DNA of 58,120 nt from a virus (taxonomy: Duplodnaviria; Caudoviricetes): IMG/VR virus record IMGVR_UViG_3300036978_000157, positions 1 to 58,120 of that record, one strand, 5' to 3'. Shown here in pieces: positions 34,901-44,484 of this stretch (the first letter of the stretch is position 1; each line of letters opens with the position of its first letter). The translations under genes and the position numbers were made by a program. The notes beneath the pieces are model-generated. The model made no database searches. It was not told the DNA's origin and worked only from the letters and a program-made list of their open reading frames with translations.

Positions 34901-36758
34901 CTTGCAGTCCCATCTCATCATTCGCAATCTCTTCTTTGAGGTTGTTGATATCTGTGCTGACAGACATCATCTGTTGAGCGAGTTCTTGTGCTGGATCAGT
35001 ATCAAGACCCGCTGCCATTTCGTCAGCTTTAGACTCGATATCAGTCTGCTCACTACCTTCTTGATCTCCTTGCTTTGCTTGCTTCTTAGCTCTCTTACCA
35101 GCAATCATCTGAGTGAAGATGGATGTTAAAATACCAGATGCTCCACCTACCCCGCCAGCGTATTGAACGCCTTCAAAGATGTCTTGGTTAGGATCGTAGA
35201 CAAACTTCTTAACAAGATTGCCAGCTATCTCTTGTGGCATCTCGTTAAACAATGCTTCTTCAGCACCTTCAGCAACAGCAACAGCAGCTTTATTTAAGCC
35301 TTTGTATATTGATTTTTGTTGAGCATCATCAAATCGGCTTATCCATTTTTGAAGTGGAGAATAAAGTTCAAGTGGTGCTTGAGTCAACGCAGAGAACAAT
35401 GCCGCTTGGTTTGCTTGCTCGTCCGTAGCACCATCAGACTTAGCTTCTGAGTATCCTCCCCATGCAGAGTTAAGACCACCAAATGTGAGTGTGTTTGCTT
35501 TCTGAAAAAGATTGATTACTCGTTCTGAATTGTATCCAAGCGATGCCCGTGCAGTATTTCCCAATGCAGCAGTAACAATTGCCGCGCCAGTAAAACCAAG
35601 TCCACTGGATACATCCCTACCAAACTGAGCCAATGGGCCAACCTTCCTTGGGTCTTGTCCTTGTTGCCTTTGTTCATCAGCATACTCTGCTGCATCGATA
35701 AATGACTGACCTGTTTGTTCAAGTCCTACGCCTTTCAGTAGCAGTCCAATCGGCCCAACAGTTCCAGAACCAATAGCTCCACCATATCCATCCCATGCTC
35801 GCTTGAAGATATCTGTAGCGACATCCATAAACTCTGGGGATGTCATTGCCCACTCTTCAGCTAACTTCCTTATTTGTGGATTCTTCTTTAGTTCTTCTAA
35901 TTGATCTGGTGCTTGACCAACATTCAGATACTGCCCCGCCATTCTTGAGATCAGACCCGGAGCGTCGATTCCCTTAGTCTTTGCGTAGTCCAAGAATTTA
36001 TCGTTTACGATAATGTTATCGATGAACTGACGCTGATCTCCGATTTGTTTGATAGCAGCACTTGCTCTTGTCTCAATAGGTATTGAGGTTATTTTACCTT
36101 CTCCTCCACCAAAACCTTTTTCTTCACCAAGTCCAGTCTCCAATTCAACTGAAACCCCCGGTTTACGAGTAATCAATTTACTCAAAAATCCAAGTTGATT
36201 TGCTTCGTGCAGTTGTTGGTTTTTTTGTAATTTAGATAATTCAGCACGAAGATCGCTTGGTTGTCCGATGTATTCAGAAACCGATCTAATAGCGAGGGGA
36301 GTATAACCAAAGCCCGATGAAGACTGAAGTTCTTTAGTCTTTTCTTTGATCAGATTCCCTCGAAAGTCCAATGACATTCCATCTGGGCTGATTGGTTCTT
36401 CGATTGTCCTTCCCTTAATATCGATTGCTTGGGCGCGGCGAACCTCTACTGGTTTACCTTCCACCAAAGAAGAAATTTTTCCACGCCCACTTTCGCTTTC
36501 CACCTTAATAGGTTCACCCGCCATGAAGGTCTTCGTTTGACCTTCCTCTTGATCCAAGATATCTGGCCCAGTAACCATTGGTTCTCCACCAATAGGAAGA
36601 CCACCAGCGCGATTGATAGCCTCTGGAATTTGACGCAACTGCTGAACTTGAGATTGTTCTTGTAATGATTGTTGTTTCTCTTCGTCAAAAACAAGATCAT
36701 TGATTGATACGCTTTTACCACCTCCATCAAAAACGAGGTCTTCAATACGAATGCTCAT
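28920..36758 (-). CDS. Giant internal virion / DNA-ejection protein (polyvalent-like)
   Basis: 2612 aa, last of three internal-protein genes, mostly helical with hydrophobic Gly/Ala segments. Confidence 0.7.
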   Translation of the reverse strand: MSIRIEDLVFDGGGKSVSINDLVFDEEKQQSLQEQSQVQQLRQIPEAINRAGGLPIGGEPMVTGPDILDQEEGQTKTFMAGEPIKVESESGRGKISSLVEGKPVEVRRAQAIDIKGRTIEEPISPDGMSLDFRGNLIKEKTKELQSSSGFGYTPLAIRSVSEYIGQPSDLRAELSKLQKNQQLHEANQLGFLSKLITRKPGVSVELETGLGEEKGFGGGEGKITSIPIETRASAAIKQIGDQRQFIDNIIVNDKFLDYAKTKGIDAPGLISRMAGQYLNVGQAPDQLEELKKNPQIRKLAEEWAMTSPEFMDVATDIFKRAWDGYGGAIGSGTVGPIGLLLKGVGLEQTGQSFIDAAEYADEQRQQGQDPRKVGPLAQFGRDVSSGLGFTGAAIVTAALGNTARASLGYNSERVINLFQKANTLTFGGLNSAWGGYSEAKSDGATDEQANQAALFSALTQAPLELYSPLQKWISRFDDAQQKSIYKGLNKAAVAVAEGAEEALFNEMPQEIAGNLVKKFVYDPNQDIFEGVQYAGGVGGASGILTSIFTQMIAGKRAKKQAKQGDQEGSEQTDIESKADEMAAGLDTDPAQELAQQMMSVSTDINNLKEEIANDEMGLQAIEKTAPAYQTAELALNEKKANLAALQAQFDKLSAGPAEAKTEAPAAAPATPTATKETTIAKINELNKEFDALDENDQVGIDRVNKAIAVEQNKLAELTAIEQGVEPQGTTPTREMGLPPSGRRSEFGTFFPDRPVLQAFVKATDKVLGGIKTTSKRAQKLKNAIRTGIAANAGFLAGTNTEVISSEEYGKLTGGKQVAADTGTYRATFFNGKKYLVVPDVNQLAGISIQGEQRAASRDAALDQESRAAAKKIEEEVIHLSMYQGIQDEYKALKKPKLSEEQYIVKRISDVAKEVRQTNPNALPGVSNAYLNDKTKLLDDMTFSQEFMRMVIQRVRTGQITEDLNAIRKAEQEAFSDQDKGNIIAWKNSILNALQFVRNSIARYLGKGTSTKEVKRMEDTINNILDGYGIVKGEANYEFKDYSKAEPTVKESLAVQPPLPQRTISDAIKDKDTFIFEGMRGAISLEDGTVIFREFGTNNKYEVPVNPNQDISEISGIEWVRKGQTKKIAAEPTATEVSAIIESDPQISEEEVNAEQDDFQVPQSLVEIEKSQVLNYIAEVLNTGESKIVKDGKRKQKVSQTPEFYSQITPRQIELANRQIDTALRIIDGLPISDEQKQSLAEPYLLIDQDITSYENNPEYKRIKDSKRREVFPTDQDVALTEAGGQVEAGAVSETITPAIEAKAGVTPEGEPMSKRGQSIMQKITTRMISDLEAQVEMLKPKDNKAYKEYQSRAAQKDRKWNKALLSPFSLAANLFTSNSFTAANNALDKIFRNNPDADFFSVAQNLSSMDEATAQRAYNISPYERLVLMEMMYELSSVYRKEVMDSNMKATARESFALESIDVEAGLARNIALTLRDSGRMVQAAAALRKLVGAGMAIDTYKRNIIASMGNLSTATKTSFNEVANVIRGDRRKSMDKVFNTKEVFRKAVSMLKMAQKNPEKVRQSIRAEVSKKQNQSTRTILLDFAAGLFDTKEDKYANMVVDQAVQSILSIGMNKKEFSIDNVSKFMYQSFATAAKQLGIQQAGIEKQKKGKRSGKYLEMVKAVIGNDNAYKSFVNDLANRMAEKYQSRDAFNADYAELFKALRSNQWADSLREQAIKDSAEFLNYKFADLFTYLGSQRNVNQEAVKQHIRTELQGTGASNELIEKFIQDTDKYLNEETNKVLKDKLGFRIDEKTGKVIPKPLLSQKIQEEAEAQFKAIKNLKDITRLSTSDEGNFKDGLISRIITEVGMDKEQATELADILSKQMTKIILAERSQIVDSAIKKAQKILADNKIKPTSNQRTILQKLVEMANMGVLDAEGVYEAFRKTHDFPKGFMPYDAEFTNTLREWGDRISKLPAGVIRSIEEEKMGRALMNKSKFTTGDVLSSYWYFALISQASTSAINALSGASNLISNVAVWSMYNPKSFFPMMRALYSAVSGKQSAAVNSFLYVMRNGLNPSGMQDEKRAKYPKTNVLEGATPDNTPKIVYYLTNFGDGKINFLPDWMNTALKNVNPRQLMRLLRATDMFLREVAYEAKAAQLGAAAYTREGFDMAKRQAELELASSQATGKQKDQEIIIRANEIYREQRLADEEQRAIAEQASLETAFNQDPQGLFGMLANFVNGLLAKYPATKFVIPFTNVVANVTNEFLNYTPIFSQYRLIRAKKSGMKDPFTQGRADKEYEIQMKGILGILAMVPFIIQALTGGDEEDQEKRPYIQFYAEGPKDPRQKKIWQQRGGQKYSVRVGDTYFSYLYTPLVIPLASGAMLQEEIKSMRKKGEKLQAEDIGKLAASAITAPFSIGFVAVLNQSFLTGLADLLEFKESQNPVEKGTQFVGGIISRMLVPGAFRDINKLYTEDKAVGGDYLSNFFKDMPGSVNFLNKDVNYFGEDAKFPSAIQEEGFGKRLASVFGRIVSTEKPDPAWEIMYRNNLTPPAWDSSLSWDNGKRMTKEQELQFVREAGPMMRDKIVEISDDLDELPLDEAQDLLSTEIRIIRREVKEDLQDRLEIPLDIE

Positions 36759-36766
36759 ATTGTGTA

Positions 36767-38119
36767 TTATAGCGGAACTGGCTGACCATTTACAATCCTA
36801 AATTGTTTACCAGTTTTTGGATCAGTTCCTATTTTACCTTCTAAGGATTTAATATCTCTACCACCACCAACGGCAGGCATATCAATTTCTGTTCCATACA
36901 ATGGCATCATTGCATTTTTTGCTGCCTGTGGAACTCCAGCGATAAACGCTATTTGTTCGCGAGTTTGATCTTTAATACGAAGTTTTTTTATTACATCACC
37001 TTCTTTTACTGGAATGAAATAACCTTTAGCATCTGTTTCAATAGATATATTTTCAAATCCTCCAAGTGCTTTTATAGCTTTTTGCAAGTTACCATCTGAA
37101 TCCAAAGTTGAAATAGCGTTATTTACTTGTGCGCTAAATGGTTCTTTTGCTTTTTGGTAATCGTAAAGTGGATCGATGTTTTCATAACTTAATGACATTC
37201 CACTTCTTGAAGAAATGTTCATTCCCTTCTGCCTCAAAACATCTGGACTATCAAGTTCTGTAATTCCTTCAGCACCCGGAATATACTTTTCAAGTTTTGG
37301 AATTGATATAATTCTTTTTGCAAAAGGCTTAACAGTATCTGCTGGGAAAATCATTTTAGTTGACTCAGACATAACAGAACTAAACGGAGTTCCAGAATCT
37401 ATCTGTTGTTTAATGTTTTGGAATCCTTGTGCTACATTTGCCTGTGTAGGTGATGGTGCTTGCGGTTGTCCAGCACCTTGATCTGTTGGCATTGGCCCTT
37501 CAATTTTTGGCCTTGCATATTTAGTTCCTTCATTAGTTTGAACAGGAACACTAAACTCACTTGATCTTGTAGCAGATAAAGAACTTAAATCAACATCTTC
37601 ATATCCAGATAAATTACTTACCTTAGATGGAGCTGGTTGTGGTGTTGTAGGTTGATTACCTGCTCCAGCTTGATTACCTGTGCCAGTTTGAGTTCTTGCA
37701 GCAGCAAGTTGACTTGCAAGTTGTGGATTAGTTAAAGCCAAGATTGGAAGGATAGAATCCATTCCAGATGTTGATTGAGATACCTTTTGACTAAGCAAAT
37801 AATCGTCAGTAGATTTTCCAATAGCATCAAGTCCCAACTTAACAAGTGTCATCGACTGTGGGTTGTTTAGAGTTTCTGGAGTCAACATACCAAGCATCTT
37901 ACTATACGCCGCTCCAGATTGTCCTTGTCCTGCAAGTGTCATCGACTCCTGCATACCCTGTTGAAGCATAGGCAGCATCTCTTGAGCTTGCTTCTGCTGC
38001 TCTCTCTGTGCCAACGCTGCACCTACATTCTGACCAAGTTTAGCCAAAGAATCTCCAACCCATGCCGTTGATTGCGACGAGCGGTTGGTTCCCTGCATTA
38101 TGAGTTCTGCGATAGACAT
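36767..38119 (-). CDS. Internal virion protein
   Basis: Q/A/G-rich, position in the ejectosome cluster. Confidence 0.6.
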   Translation of the reverse strand: MSIAELIMQGTNRSSQSTAWVGDSLAKLGQNVGAALAQREQQKQAQEMLPMLQQGMQESMTLAGQGQSGAAYSKMLGMLTPETLNNPQSMTLVKLGLDAIGKSTDDYLLSQKVSQSTSGMDSILPILALTNPQLASQLAAARTQTGTGNQAGAGNQPTTPQPAPSKVSNLSGYEDVDLSSLSATRSSEFSVPVQTNEGTKYARPKIEGPMPTDQGAGQPQAPSPTQANVAQGFQNIKQQIDSGTPFSSVMSESTKMIFPADTVKPFAKRIISIPKLEKYIPGAEGITELDSPDVLRQKGMNISSRSGMSLSYENIDPLYDYQKAKEPFSAQVNNAISTLDSDGNLQKAIKALGGFENISIETDAKGYFIPVKEGDVIKKLRIKDQTREQIAFIAGVPQAAKNAMMPLYGTEIDMPAVGGGRDIKSLEGKIGTDPKTGKQFRIVNGQPVPL

Positions 38120-38124
38120 GGTAT

Positions 38125-39207
38125 TTAGTAAGGTGATTTAAATTGAGATTGTGGAATTGCAACTGGTCTGTCGCTCATTGATTGAGGTTCTGTCATCTGC
38201 CCTCCTTGGTATAATCTGCTTGGTGCAACTCGACCATATTGATCTGCTCTTGTGGTGAATGTGTATGGTGTATTGTAAAGCGGTGTTGCTCCCAATCCTG
38301 TTCCCGATCCTCCCATTCCACCACCCATGCCTCCCAAATTGAGTCCTTGCTGTGCAGCACTGATGTTCATTCCCATCATCAACGCGCCAGAAGTAGCTTG
38401 TCCAATGTCAGAGACACCTTGGCCGACTGCTTGCTGTGCGGCGTAGCTTGCGGCGATGTTTTCTTTGTTTGCTCCGTAGATGTTTTCGTAAACGCCAGCA
38501 GTCATTCTTGCTTTCTGCAATCCTACTTCTGCTGCTGCTGTTTGGAATCCAAGCTGAACCCTGCCTACATCCAATGGGTCTGCTGTAAACGCTCGCGCCA
38601 ATTGCTGCCAGTTTTGTGCTGTGCCTTGGATTTGAGAAATTGCTGGGAATGCTCCTCTTTGAATATCAAGAGATGTTATACCAAATTGTCTTGGAACTAA
38701 TGCTTGTGCAGCTTGGAATCCACCAGTCCTTCCTGCAACTGCTGGATTGAATCCTGCCCCGCCAAACTCAGCAACGTTTCGCATGGTTTGCTCTCTGACA
38801 TCTTGAGGGATTTCACCTCTCAAGTATTGGTCAGTCACATCCATTGCCTTATTGATTTGACCTACTGATCTTGCTCTTAATGCGGCGGCTCCGGGTTGGA
38901 ACGCTTCAACTTGCTGTCTATTGTATTCTGAAATTTGTGCAGCATCACCAATCATTGCTCCAAGATTATACTCTGGAGCTTTGACTTCGTTAATCATTTG
39001 TTGGACTTTTTGTTGTCCTTTTTTGTATGATTTTGCCGCTTTACCTTGAGCTTTCTTAGCCCTATCTGCCGCTGACATAGAGATAGCCGCTGACCCTGCC
39101 GCCGCACCTACAGCAACTACACCAGCAGCAATAGCAAATCCGCTGGTATGAAACATCATTGGATGTTTATTGCGAATCAAGTTTTCTGGATGGTCAAAAA
39201 ATCTCAT
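38125..39207 (-). CDS. Internal virion (DNA pilot-like) protein
   Basis: AIAAGVVAVGAAAGSAA N-terminal segment, A/Q/G-rich; ATGA-coupled start at 39207. Confidence 0.65.
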   Translation of the reverse strand: MRFFDHPENLIRNKHPMMFHTSGFAIAAGVVAVGAAAGSAAISMSAADRAKKAQGKAAKSYKKGQQKVQQMINEVKAPEYNLGAMIGDAAQISEYNRQQVEAFQPGAAALRARSVGQINKAMDVTDQYLRGEIPQDVREQTMRNVAEFGGAGFNPAVAGRTGGFQAAQALVPRQFGITSLDIQRGAFPAISQIQGTAQNWQQLARAFTADPLDVGRVQLGFQTAAAEVGLQKARMTAGVYENIYGANKENIAASYAAQQAVGQGVSDIGQATSGALMMGMNISAAQQGLNLGGMGGGMGGSGTGLGATPLYNTPYTFTTRADQYGRVAPSRLYQGGQMTEPQSMSDRPVAIPQSQFKSPY

Positions 39208-39692
39208 TTGATTAAGTCGGTTCGGTTGTGCCGCCACTTCTGCACCCTTGGGTCTTCCTTGGCGATGTGAGGATTAAAGTCTCTTGAAGTGATGCTGTCA
39301 ATAATTTCGTCTGGATCAGTCAAGTCTGTGACATGGCAGGTAGTCCAGATTGTATCTTTGTGTGTGGCAAGTAAACGCCTTGTTCCTGCTTCTGTAATGC
39401 CACTGTAGCCTGTTTTGTATCGTTGAGCAGGGATGCCATGATACCAGACAGTCACATCGCCTTTCATCACAAAGAATGGATGCGTAGTGAGGTGCAGCAT
39501 AGTTGTGAGAATCGTATCCTTCGGCATATAGATTTCCCGAATATACATACCCGGCGTGAACCTATGAATCAACGGACATTCCCGTGGAGGTAACTTCAGA
39601 ATCTCAAGATCAATCAAGTTGAGTTCGTAGTTTGGATCACCATATCCAACTACATTCCTTGCATCAATCTTATCTGGAATTGTCAGTGTCAT
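39204..39692 (-). CDS. Cupin-like phage protein
   Basis: HRFTPGMYIREI...H...H...GTRR...WTTCH. Confidence 0.65.
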   Translation of the reverse strand: MTLTIPDKIDARNVVGYGDPNYELNLIDLEILKLPPRECPLIHRFTPGMYIREIYMPKDTILTTMLHLTTHPFFVMKGDVTVWYHGIPAQRYKTGYSGITEAGTRRLLATHKDTIWTTCHVTDLTDPDEIIDSITSRDFNPHIAKEDPRVQKWRHNRTDLIK

Positions 39693-40651
39693 CGATAGAG
39701 AAAGTAGTCGTTCGGTGATGGTGACAATAGATCAGACCCGATTAGGTTCTCTGCCCGACTATAGTTTGCTATCCTAAGTGGAGCGCAAGTAGGAATCTCT
39801 ACATTCTCCATCTCCTTCTCTTGCTCTTGCACGGCCAATGACAGATTGCTCAAGAACTCTTGCGCCTTACGATTCTCACGCGAGTTTAATGCAAGAATCG
39901 CATAGATCATTGCATCTGGAATGAACTCTACCAGTTCTTTTGGATCGGTTAGGTCGAAGTATTTCTTCGATGCGTAGAGTGTAATGCACTCGCAAGTCCT
40001 CGGTGCTTTGAACCTACGGAATGTAGGATGAGCATCGTTAGGTTGGTAGATGGCAATCAGAGTCTTTGCTTCCAATTCTGTATCGTAAGCATACACCCGA
40101 ATCCTGCCTTTGGTTACTGGCTTGGTTACTGACCGAATACCTTTCACAAGGAGATCGGATTTTGCCAGCGTTGGTGGATTGGCAGTAGTGACCTTGACCT
40201 TATGATAGGTGTCGTATTGGTCTTGTGCTTCAAACATCAGCTCTATGCCAATGTCTTCAGCCTCCTCTGCCATCACGCCGATTTGGTATGGATGAGTAGT
40301 ATAGTCTCGGAATAGGACATGGAGTCCACCTACTTCAATGATTCCTCTATGGCATGAGTGGTCGGCATGGAGAGCAAACGCATTTGTAGCATTGAACCAT
40401 TCATCTGCAAGAGATGCAGAATGATCTCCAATCCACGCGAGTTTGATTTGCTCATAGCGAGATGGAAGCGTGAAGCAATCGTTCACACAGCAAATCTGGA
40501 CATACTCTTCTTGGCTACTCCATGCCCTTTTATTCCACAACAATCTACGCGCTTGATTAACAGCCTTAACTCCACGCTCATACGAACAGGTTCCGGAATC
40601 ACCCACGAAACCCTTCACAAGCTCAACCATCTCTTCGAGGGTATCAGCCAT
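39689..40651 (-). CDS. Putative tail adaptor (tail tubular protein A-like)
   Basis: 320 aa, position and helical ends. Confidence 0.5.
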   Translation of the reverse strand: MADTLEEMVELVKGFVGDSGTCSYERGVKAVNQARRLLWNKRAWSSQEEYVQICCVNDCFTLPSRYEQIKLAWIGDHSASLADEWFNATNAFALHADHSCHRGIIEVGGLHVLFRDYTTHPYQIGVMAEEAEDIGIELMFEAQDQYDTYHKVKVTTANPPTLAKSDLLVKGIRSVTKPVTKGRIRVYAYDTELEAKTLIAIYQPNDAHPTFRRFKAPRTCECITLYASKKYFDLTDPKELVEFIPDAMIYAILALNSRENRKAQEFLSNLSLAVQEQEKEMENVEIPTCAPLRIANYSRAENLIGSDLLSPSPNDYFLYR

Positions 40652-40672
40652 AGGGATTATCGTTACCGATAA

Positions 40673-40837
40673 TTATTTTCCGCCAACGGGCTTGCCAGAT
40701 TTTGGCATAGGTGCGCTGGAGTATGGATTCTTGCCAGTGTTAGGCGGGTTCATATTGCCCATACCTTCACGGATCATGCCGCGAGTTGGTGATCCGCCAG
40801 AGACGAGTTTAGGATCGGTTCCTTTTAGTGGTGTCAT
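40673..40837 (-). CDS. Small Pro/Gly-rich protein
   Basis: MTPLKGTDPK...; stop abuts palindrome 40657-40672. Confidence 0.5.
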   Translation of the reverse strand: MTPLKGTDPKLVSGGSPTRGMIREGMGNMNPPNTGKNPYSSAPMPKSGKPVGGK

Positions 40838-40863
40838 ATTTTTATTATGGTTGGTTGTTTTGT

Positions 40864-41343
40864 TTATACAGAATAGATTGCAACCCAATCTATCTGCGTG
40901 ATCTGCGAAATGTTGTTTTCAACTCGGATAGAGAATCCAGTTGTTGTTTTGCTTCCATCAACGATAGCAAACAAAGGTGTAGCTGCTGTTCCAATCGTAG
41001 CATTGCAGTATGGAGTAACGCCAGCATAGAATACATTTGTTGCAAATGCTGCAAATGAAACTGTCTGAATAGAGTCGCCAGCAGGAACTGAAGTAATTGT
41101 TCCCTTCCTTACAAGGAAGTTATCTTCAATAGCGTCAATTTGGTTTTGAAGATCAGTAAGAGTTGCGTTGATGGTAGCAATTTCTTCTGGAGTAACATCG
41201 CCAAGACCCGGAACATTGATTGTTCCATTTGAAAGAACTTGGTCAATAAATACCTGCAAAATATCAGCCCAGTTTCCAGTTGGACAAAAGTCGTCTGGAA
41301 CATTTGGAAAAATAATTGAAGGCGAGCTGTCTTGATTGTCCAT
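40864..41343 (-). CDS. Putative tail needle / short fibre protein
   Basis: Short coiled coil and beta-rich C-terminus ending IDWVAI. Confidence 0.5.
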   Translation of the reverse strand: MDNQDSSPSIIFPNVPDDFCPTGNWADILQVFIDQVLSNGTINVPGLGDVTPEEIATINATLTDLQNQIDAIEDNFLVRKGTITSVPAGDSIQTVSFAAFATNVFYAGVTPYCNATIGTAATPLFAIVDGSKTTTGFSIRVENNISQITQIDWVAIYSV

Positions 41344-41347
41344 GACT

Positions 41348-43192
41348 TTAATTTATGATACTATATTCCCAGTATTTTTCTTGGCAACACAAAAATGGTT
41401 CACATTCTTGATTTTCTTCTGGGCAGTCACCGATTGGGGAATCATCGTTATTCTTGATGTTTGCCATTAACCTTACTCGGTCAATCGTAGCCGCGCCAGT
41501 TAGGTTGACTTTGATTTGGAACTCGCTTCCTTCTACCGATGGGATGCCTGCCAAATCATTACACTCGCTTGGGTCGGGCGTGTTAAACTTGTAGCGTTTG
41601 TAGCGATTACCACCTTTTTGTGGGACGCATTCAGTTACTTGTGGAGAGCATGGATCACACCCATAGGTTGTAGGAACTTTGAGTTCTGACCAACATGGAT
41701 TAGAATCGGATCGAAAATCAACAGAGCTATCTACTATCCCATTGATTTCACTCATCCACATTTCTCCACCCGTAATCTTTTTGCGGAGGAACTTATTCGT
41801 AGCCCCGCTTCGGTTGAAGTCATACCTGCCAGTGGTGAAGAAGGATTCAATCTGCCTTGTTCCATTTGGGCCGTAATCGTCGCCTTGAGAGGTAGTGAAT
41901 TCGTATAGTCGGTTCTTGTTATCTTTATCAAACGAGAATCCAAATCCTCGCTTCTGACCATCAATCAATGCCGTGAGTAGCTGAGTTGGTCTAAAGCCCG
42001 TCCAGATGCCATTCCAGCGAAAAGAAAGCTGTGCGTCTGGTGATGGTGAAGATGATTGGTCAAGGTCAAGAACTACCATTCCACGATGATAACGATTCAA
42101 TCCTTCTACACCTTCTGATCGAAGTGTCTGTGGTGCTACTGTGCTGATGAGGTAGTTGTTGAAGAACATCGTAGAAGCGAACTGCTTCAGCCAAGGCGTA
42201 TCGTTCTGCACCCATTTATTTACTTCCCTCGAAAGTTTACGAAGCGAGAAGTATCGAGCGAATTCAGATTGGCTATTGGAGTAGAATGCCCAACCATCAT
42301 GTGATCTAAACCAAAGTTCAGAGTTTGCTAATCCAACATACGGACTTGTGCATCCTCGTCCAAGCAATGAGATGCGTTGGATGTTTGATGTGTTCCATTG
42401 ATCTCTTGGAATAGAGACATCCATGATGAACGCTCCGTTACCAGTAAGAATAACAAGTTCACCTTGGCCGCGAAGGTTAGTTCCAATCTGTGGCATTACC
42501 TTCATTGCAGTAATATTTCCAATCATTGCTGGAGTAGAAAACGCGCCACCTTCTGCCCAGTATCCTATCTCTGTGAAGTTCTCGGTATTCTTGGTGTCTG
42601 TAAATCCGTTTCCGTAAATGATGTCAGATGCGTAGATTTGGTTGAACCTATCCGATACGAAAACTCGGCCAAAGGCATATTCCATCACTGTTCCAATCGG
42701 CATCTTTTGGTTGTATGGATTCAAACGATAAGCTGGTATCGTTAAGTCGCCATCCCATGCGATTGCGTTTTGGTATCCGTTCTGGATATACACCCTATCT
42801 TCGGCTTGCACAAACCAAGTGTGCATCATGCCCGGATCGTTGCCATCAATGATCTTGTAGGCAGTAGCAAGATTATTGCTGATCTTTAAAAAGTAGATAA
42901 CTCCAGATACTGAAATCAGTATTCCATCAGCAGAGTTGTATTTTACAGACCTGTATGGATACGCCCCTTGAAAGTTTCCATTCTGAATATCGTTAACGAT
43001 ACTCGCCGATTGCTCTGCCCCTGCAACTATTTGAATATTCCGAATACTTGGTCGGGTTCGGTTAACGCCTCCTCGGAATGTTCTGTTTACCGATTCTGAT
43101 ACTATAGACTCTGGTAAATACGATGGATGAGTATCAGCGTCTTGAGCGATAATACTTGTGAATCCATCAAAGACTGATCCTTCTGTTGGCAT
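41348..43192 (-). CDS. Putative tail nozzle / stabilisation protein (beta-propeller)
   Basis: 614 aa, beta-rich, GRVFV...IYASD pattern, position. Confidence 0.6.
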   Translation of the reverse strand: MPTEGSVFDGFTSIIAQDADTHPSYLPESIVSESVNRTFRGGVNRTRPSIRNIQIVAGAEQSASIVNDIQNGNFQGAYPYRSVKYNSADGILISVSGVIYFLKISNNLATAYKIIDGNDPGMMHTWFVQAEDRVYIQNGYQNAIAWDGDLTIPAYRLNPYNQKMPIGTVMEYAFGRVFVSDRFNQIYASDIIYGNGFTDTKNTENFTEIGYWAEGGAFSTPAMIGNITAMKVMPQIGTNLRGQGELVILTGNGAFIMDVSIPRDQWNTSNIQRISLLGRGCTSPYVGLANSELWFRSHDGWAFYSNSQSEFARYFSLRKLSREVNKWVQNDTPWLKQFASTMFFNNYLISTVAPQTLRSEGVEGLNRYHRGMVVLDLDQSSSPSPDAQLSFRWNGIWTGFRPTQLLTALIDGQKRGFGFSFDKDNKNRLYEFTTSQGDDYGPNGTRQIESFFTTGRYDFNRSGATNKFLRKKITGGEMWMSEINGIVDSSVDFRSDSNPCWSELKVPTTYGCDPCSPQVTECVPQKGGNRYKRYKFNTPDPSECNDLAGIPSVEGSEFQIKVNLTGAATIDRVRLMANIKNNDDSPIGDCPEENQECEPFLCCQEKYWEYSIIN

Positions 43193-43965
43193 TATGCGTT
43201 GATGCTCTTGATTACGATAAAACGCAATGTCAGTGATTCAGACAAACTTCCTGCGGTGATATTTCGGATAACGATATTGGCATTGCCTGCCGCTGGAGCC
43301 ACCGCGAAGTTGTATGAACCAAGCGTTCCTCCAGATATGTGACTAACCAATACAATGTCTGTGCCATCGATAACCGAATTGCTCAAGTTAAAAGTAACGG
43401 CAGTATCAGCAGCAAGAGCGGAACTATCGGTAACGATAATTCCAGTAGGACGATTCAGAGTAACAGAGTTCGTCTTTGCTCCTGCACCTTGTGTAATCGC
43501 TCCACCAGCACCAGTATTGTATCCAATCTTGGATGAGTTGCCATTAGCAAGAATAGTGCTACTTGAAGTAATATCGGCAGTTGATGTCATTCCAGATACA
43601 CTCAATGATGCTGTTGTAACTGCTCCGCCTGATGTAAGTGATCCAACGCTAACTGCTCCAGTAGTAGTCAATGATTGGCTACCAAGATCAACTGGTGCAG
43701 ATTGGAGAAGACTATTCAGAGTAGTGAACTCTACACTTCCAGTAGAAGTTTTGCGAAGGACAGTATTATTCGCTCCATTAGTCCATGATACAGTTCCGTT
43801 TGTGTTAGACACAAGAACTTGACCAGATGGTGGAGTCTGAAGAGTCTTATCGCAAGCGGAAGAATCTTCTACAACCAACCTTTTAGCGATTGCTGTGATC
43901 TCGCGGGGTTCGCAGAACAATGGATATTCCAAGTTGCATGGAGGTGCTGGAGTGCAAGGAGTCAT
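43192..43965 (-). CDS. Tail fibre / spike protein
   Basis: S/T/G-rich, IGY..GAGGAITQ segment. Confidence 0.6.
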   Translation of the reverse strand: MTPCTPAPPCNLEYPLFCEPREITAIAKRLVVEDSSACDKTLQTPPSGQVLVSNTNGTVSWTNGANNTVLRKTSTGSVEFTTLNSLLQSAPVDLGSQSLTTTGAVSVGSLTSGGAVTTASLSVSGMTSTADITSSSTILANGNSSKIGYNTGAGGAITQGAGAKTNSVTLNRPTGIIVTDSSALAADTAVTFNLSNSVIDGTDIVLVSHISGGTLGSYNFAVAPAAGNANIVIRNITAGSLSESLTLRFIVIKSINA

Positions 43966-43970
43966 AATAT

Positions 43971-44480
43971 TTAATTCAGAGTATCAGACGGAGTTTCTTC
44001 AGTTGATGTGGGTTCAACCGATGGTTCTGTAACCTGCTCTTGATTCTCTTCTGTGGTTGGTTGTGAGACTTGAACGTCATTCAGAATATCGGGCCAAGTT
44101 GCTTTGATGCCAGCGAGATCATCTGGAAGTTGAGTCAAAGTAACATCTCGGAGTGCTTGTTTTGCGGCAATGATTTCAGCTTTCTTTTCTTCGTCATTAG
44201 CCTCAACTGCCTTCATAAAGTCAATGTCGAGCTTTTGCAACTTTGGTGAACGAGCAGCACGGAACTTATCGAGGTGGATAGCTTTGGCTTTATCAATGTT
44301 TACCTTTGCTCCGAGTTCAGCGTCAAATTCGTATGCGTTGAAGTAATCGTTATCAATCTCAACTGAATCAACAATCTTGTATTCTACTCCTTCTGGAACA
44401 TCTTTGATTGCGTCATTAACATCTCCGCATGGGATGACTACTGCTACTTGTCCGTTTGGTTGTGGATAGGTGATAAACAT
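43971..44480 (-). CDS. Tail fibre assembly chaperone-like protein
   Basis: R...L..LD.....KQALRDVT...WP pattern. Confidence 0.6.
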   Translation of the reverse strand: MFITYPQPNGQVAVVIPCGDVNDAIKDVPEGVEYKIVDSVEIDNDYFNAYEFDAELGAKVNIDKAKAIHLDKFRAARSPKLQKLDIDFMKAVEANDEEKKAEIIAAKQALRDVTLTQLPDDLAGIKATWPDILNDVQVSQPTTEENQEQVTEPSVEPTSTEETPSDTLN

Positions 44481-44484
44481 AAGA

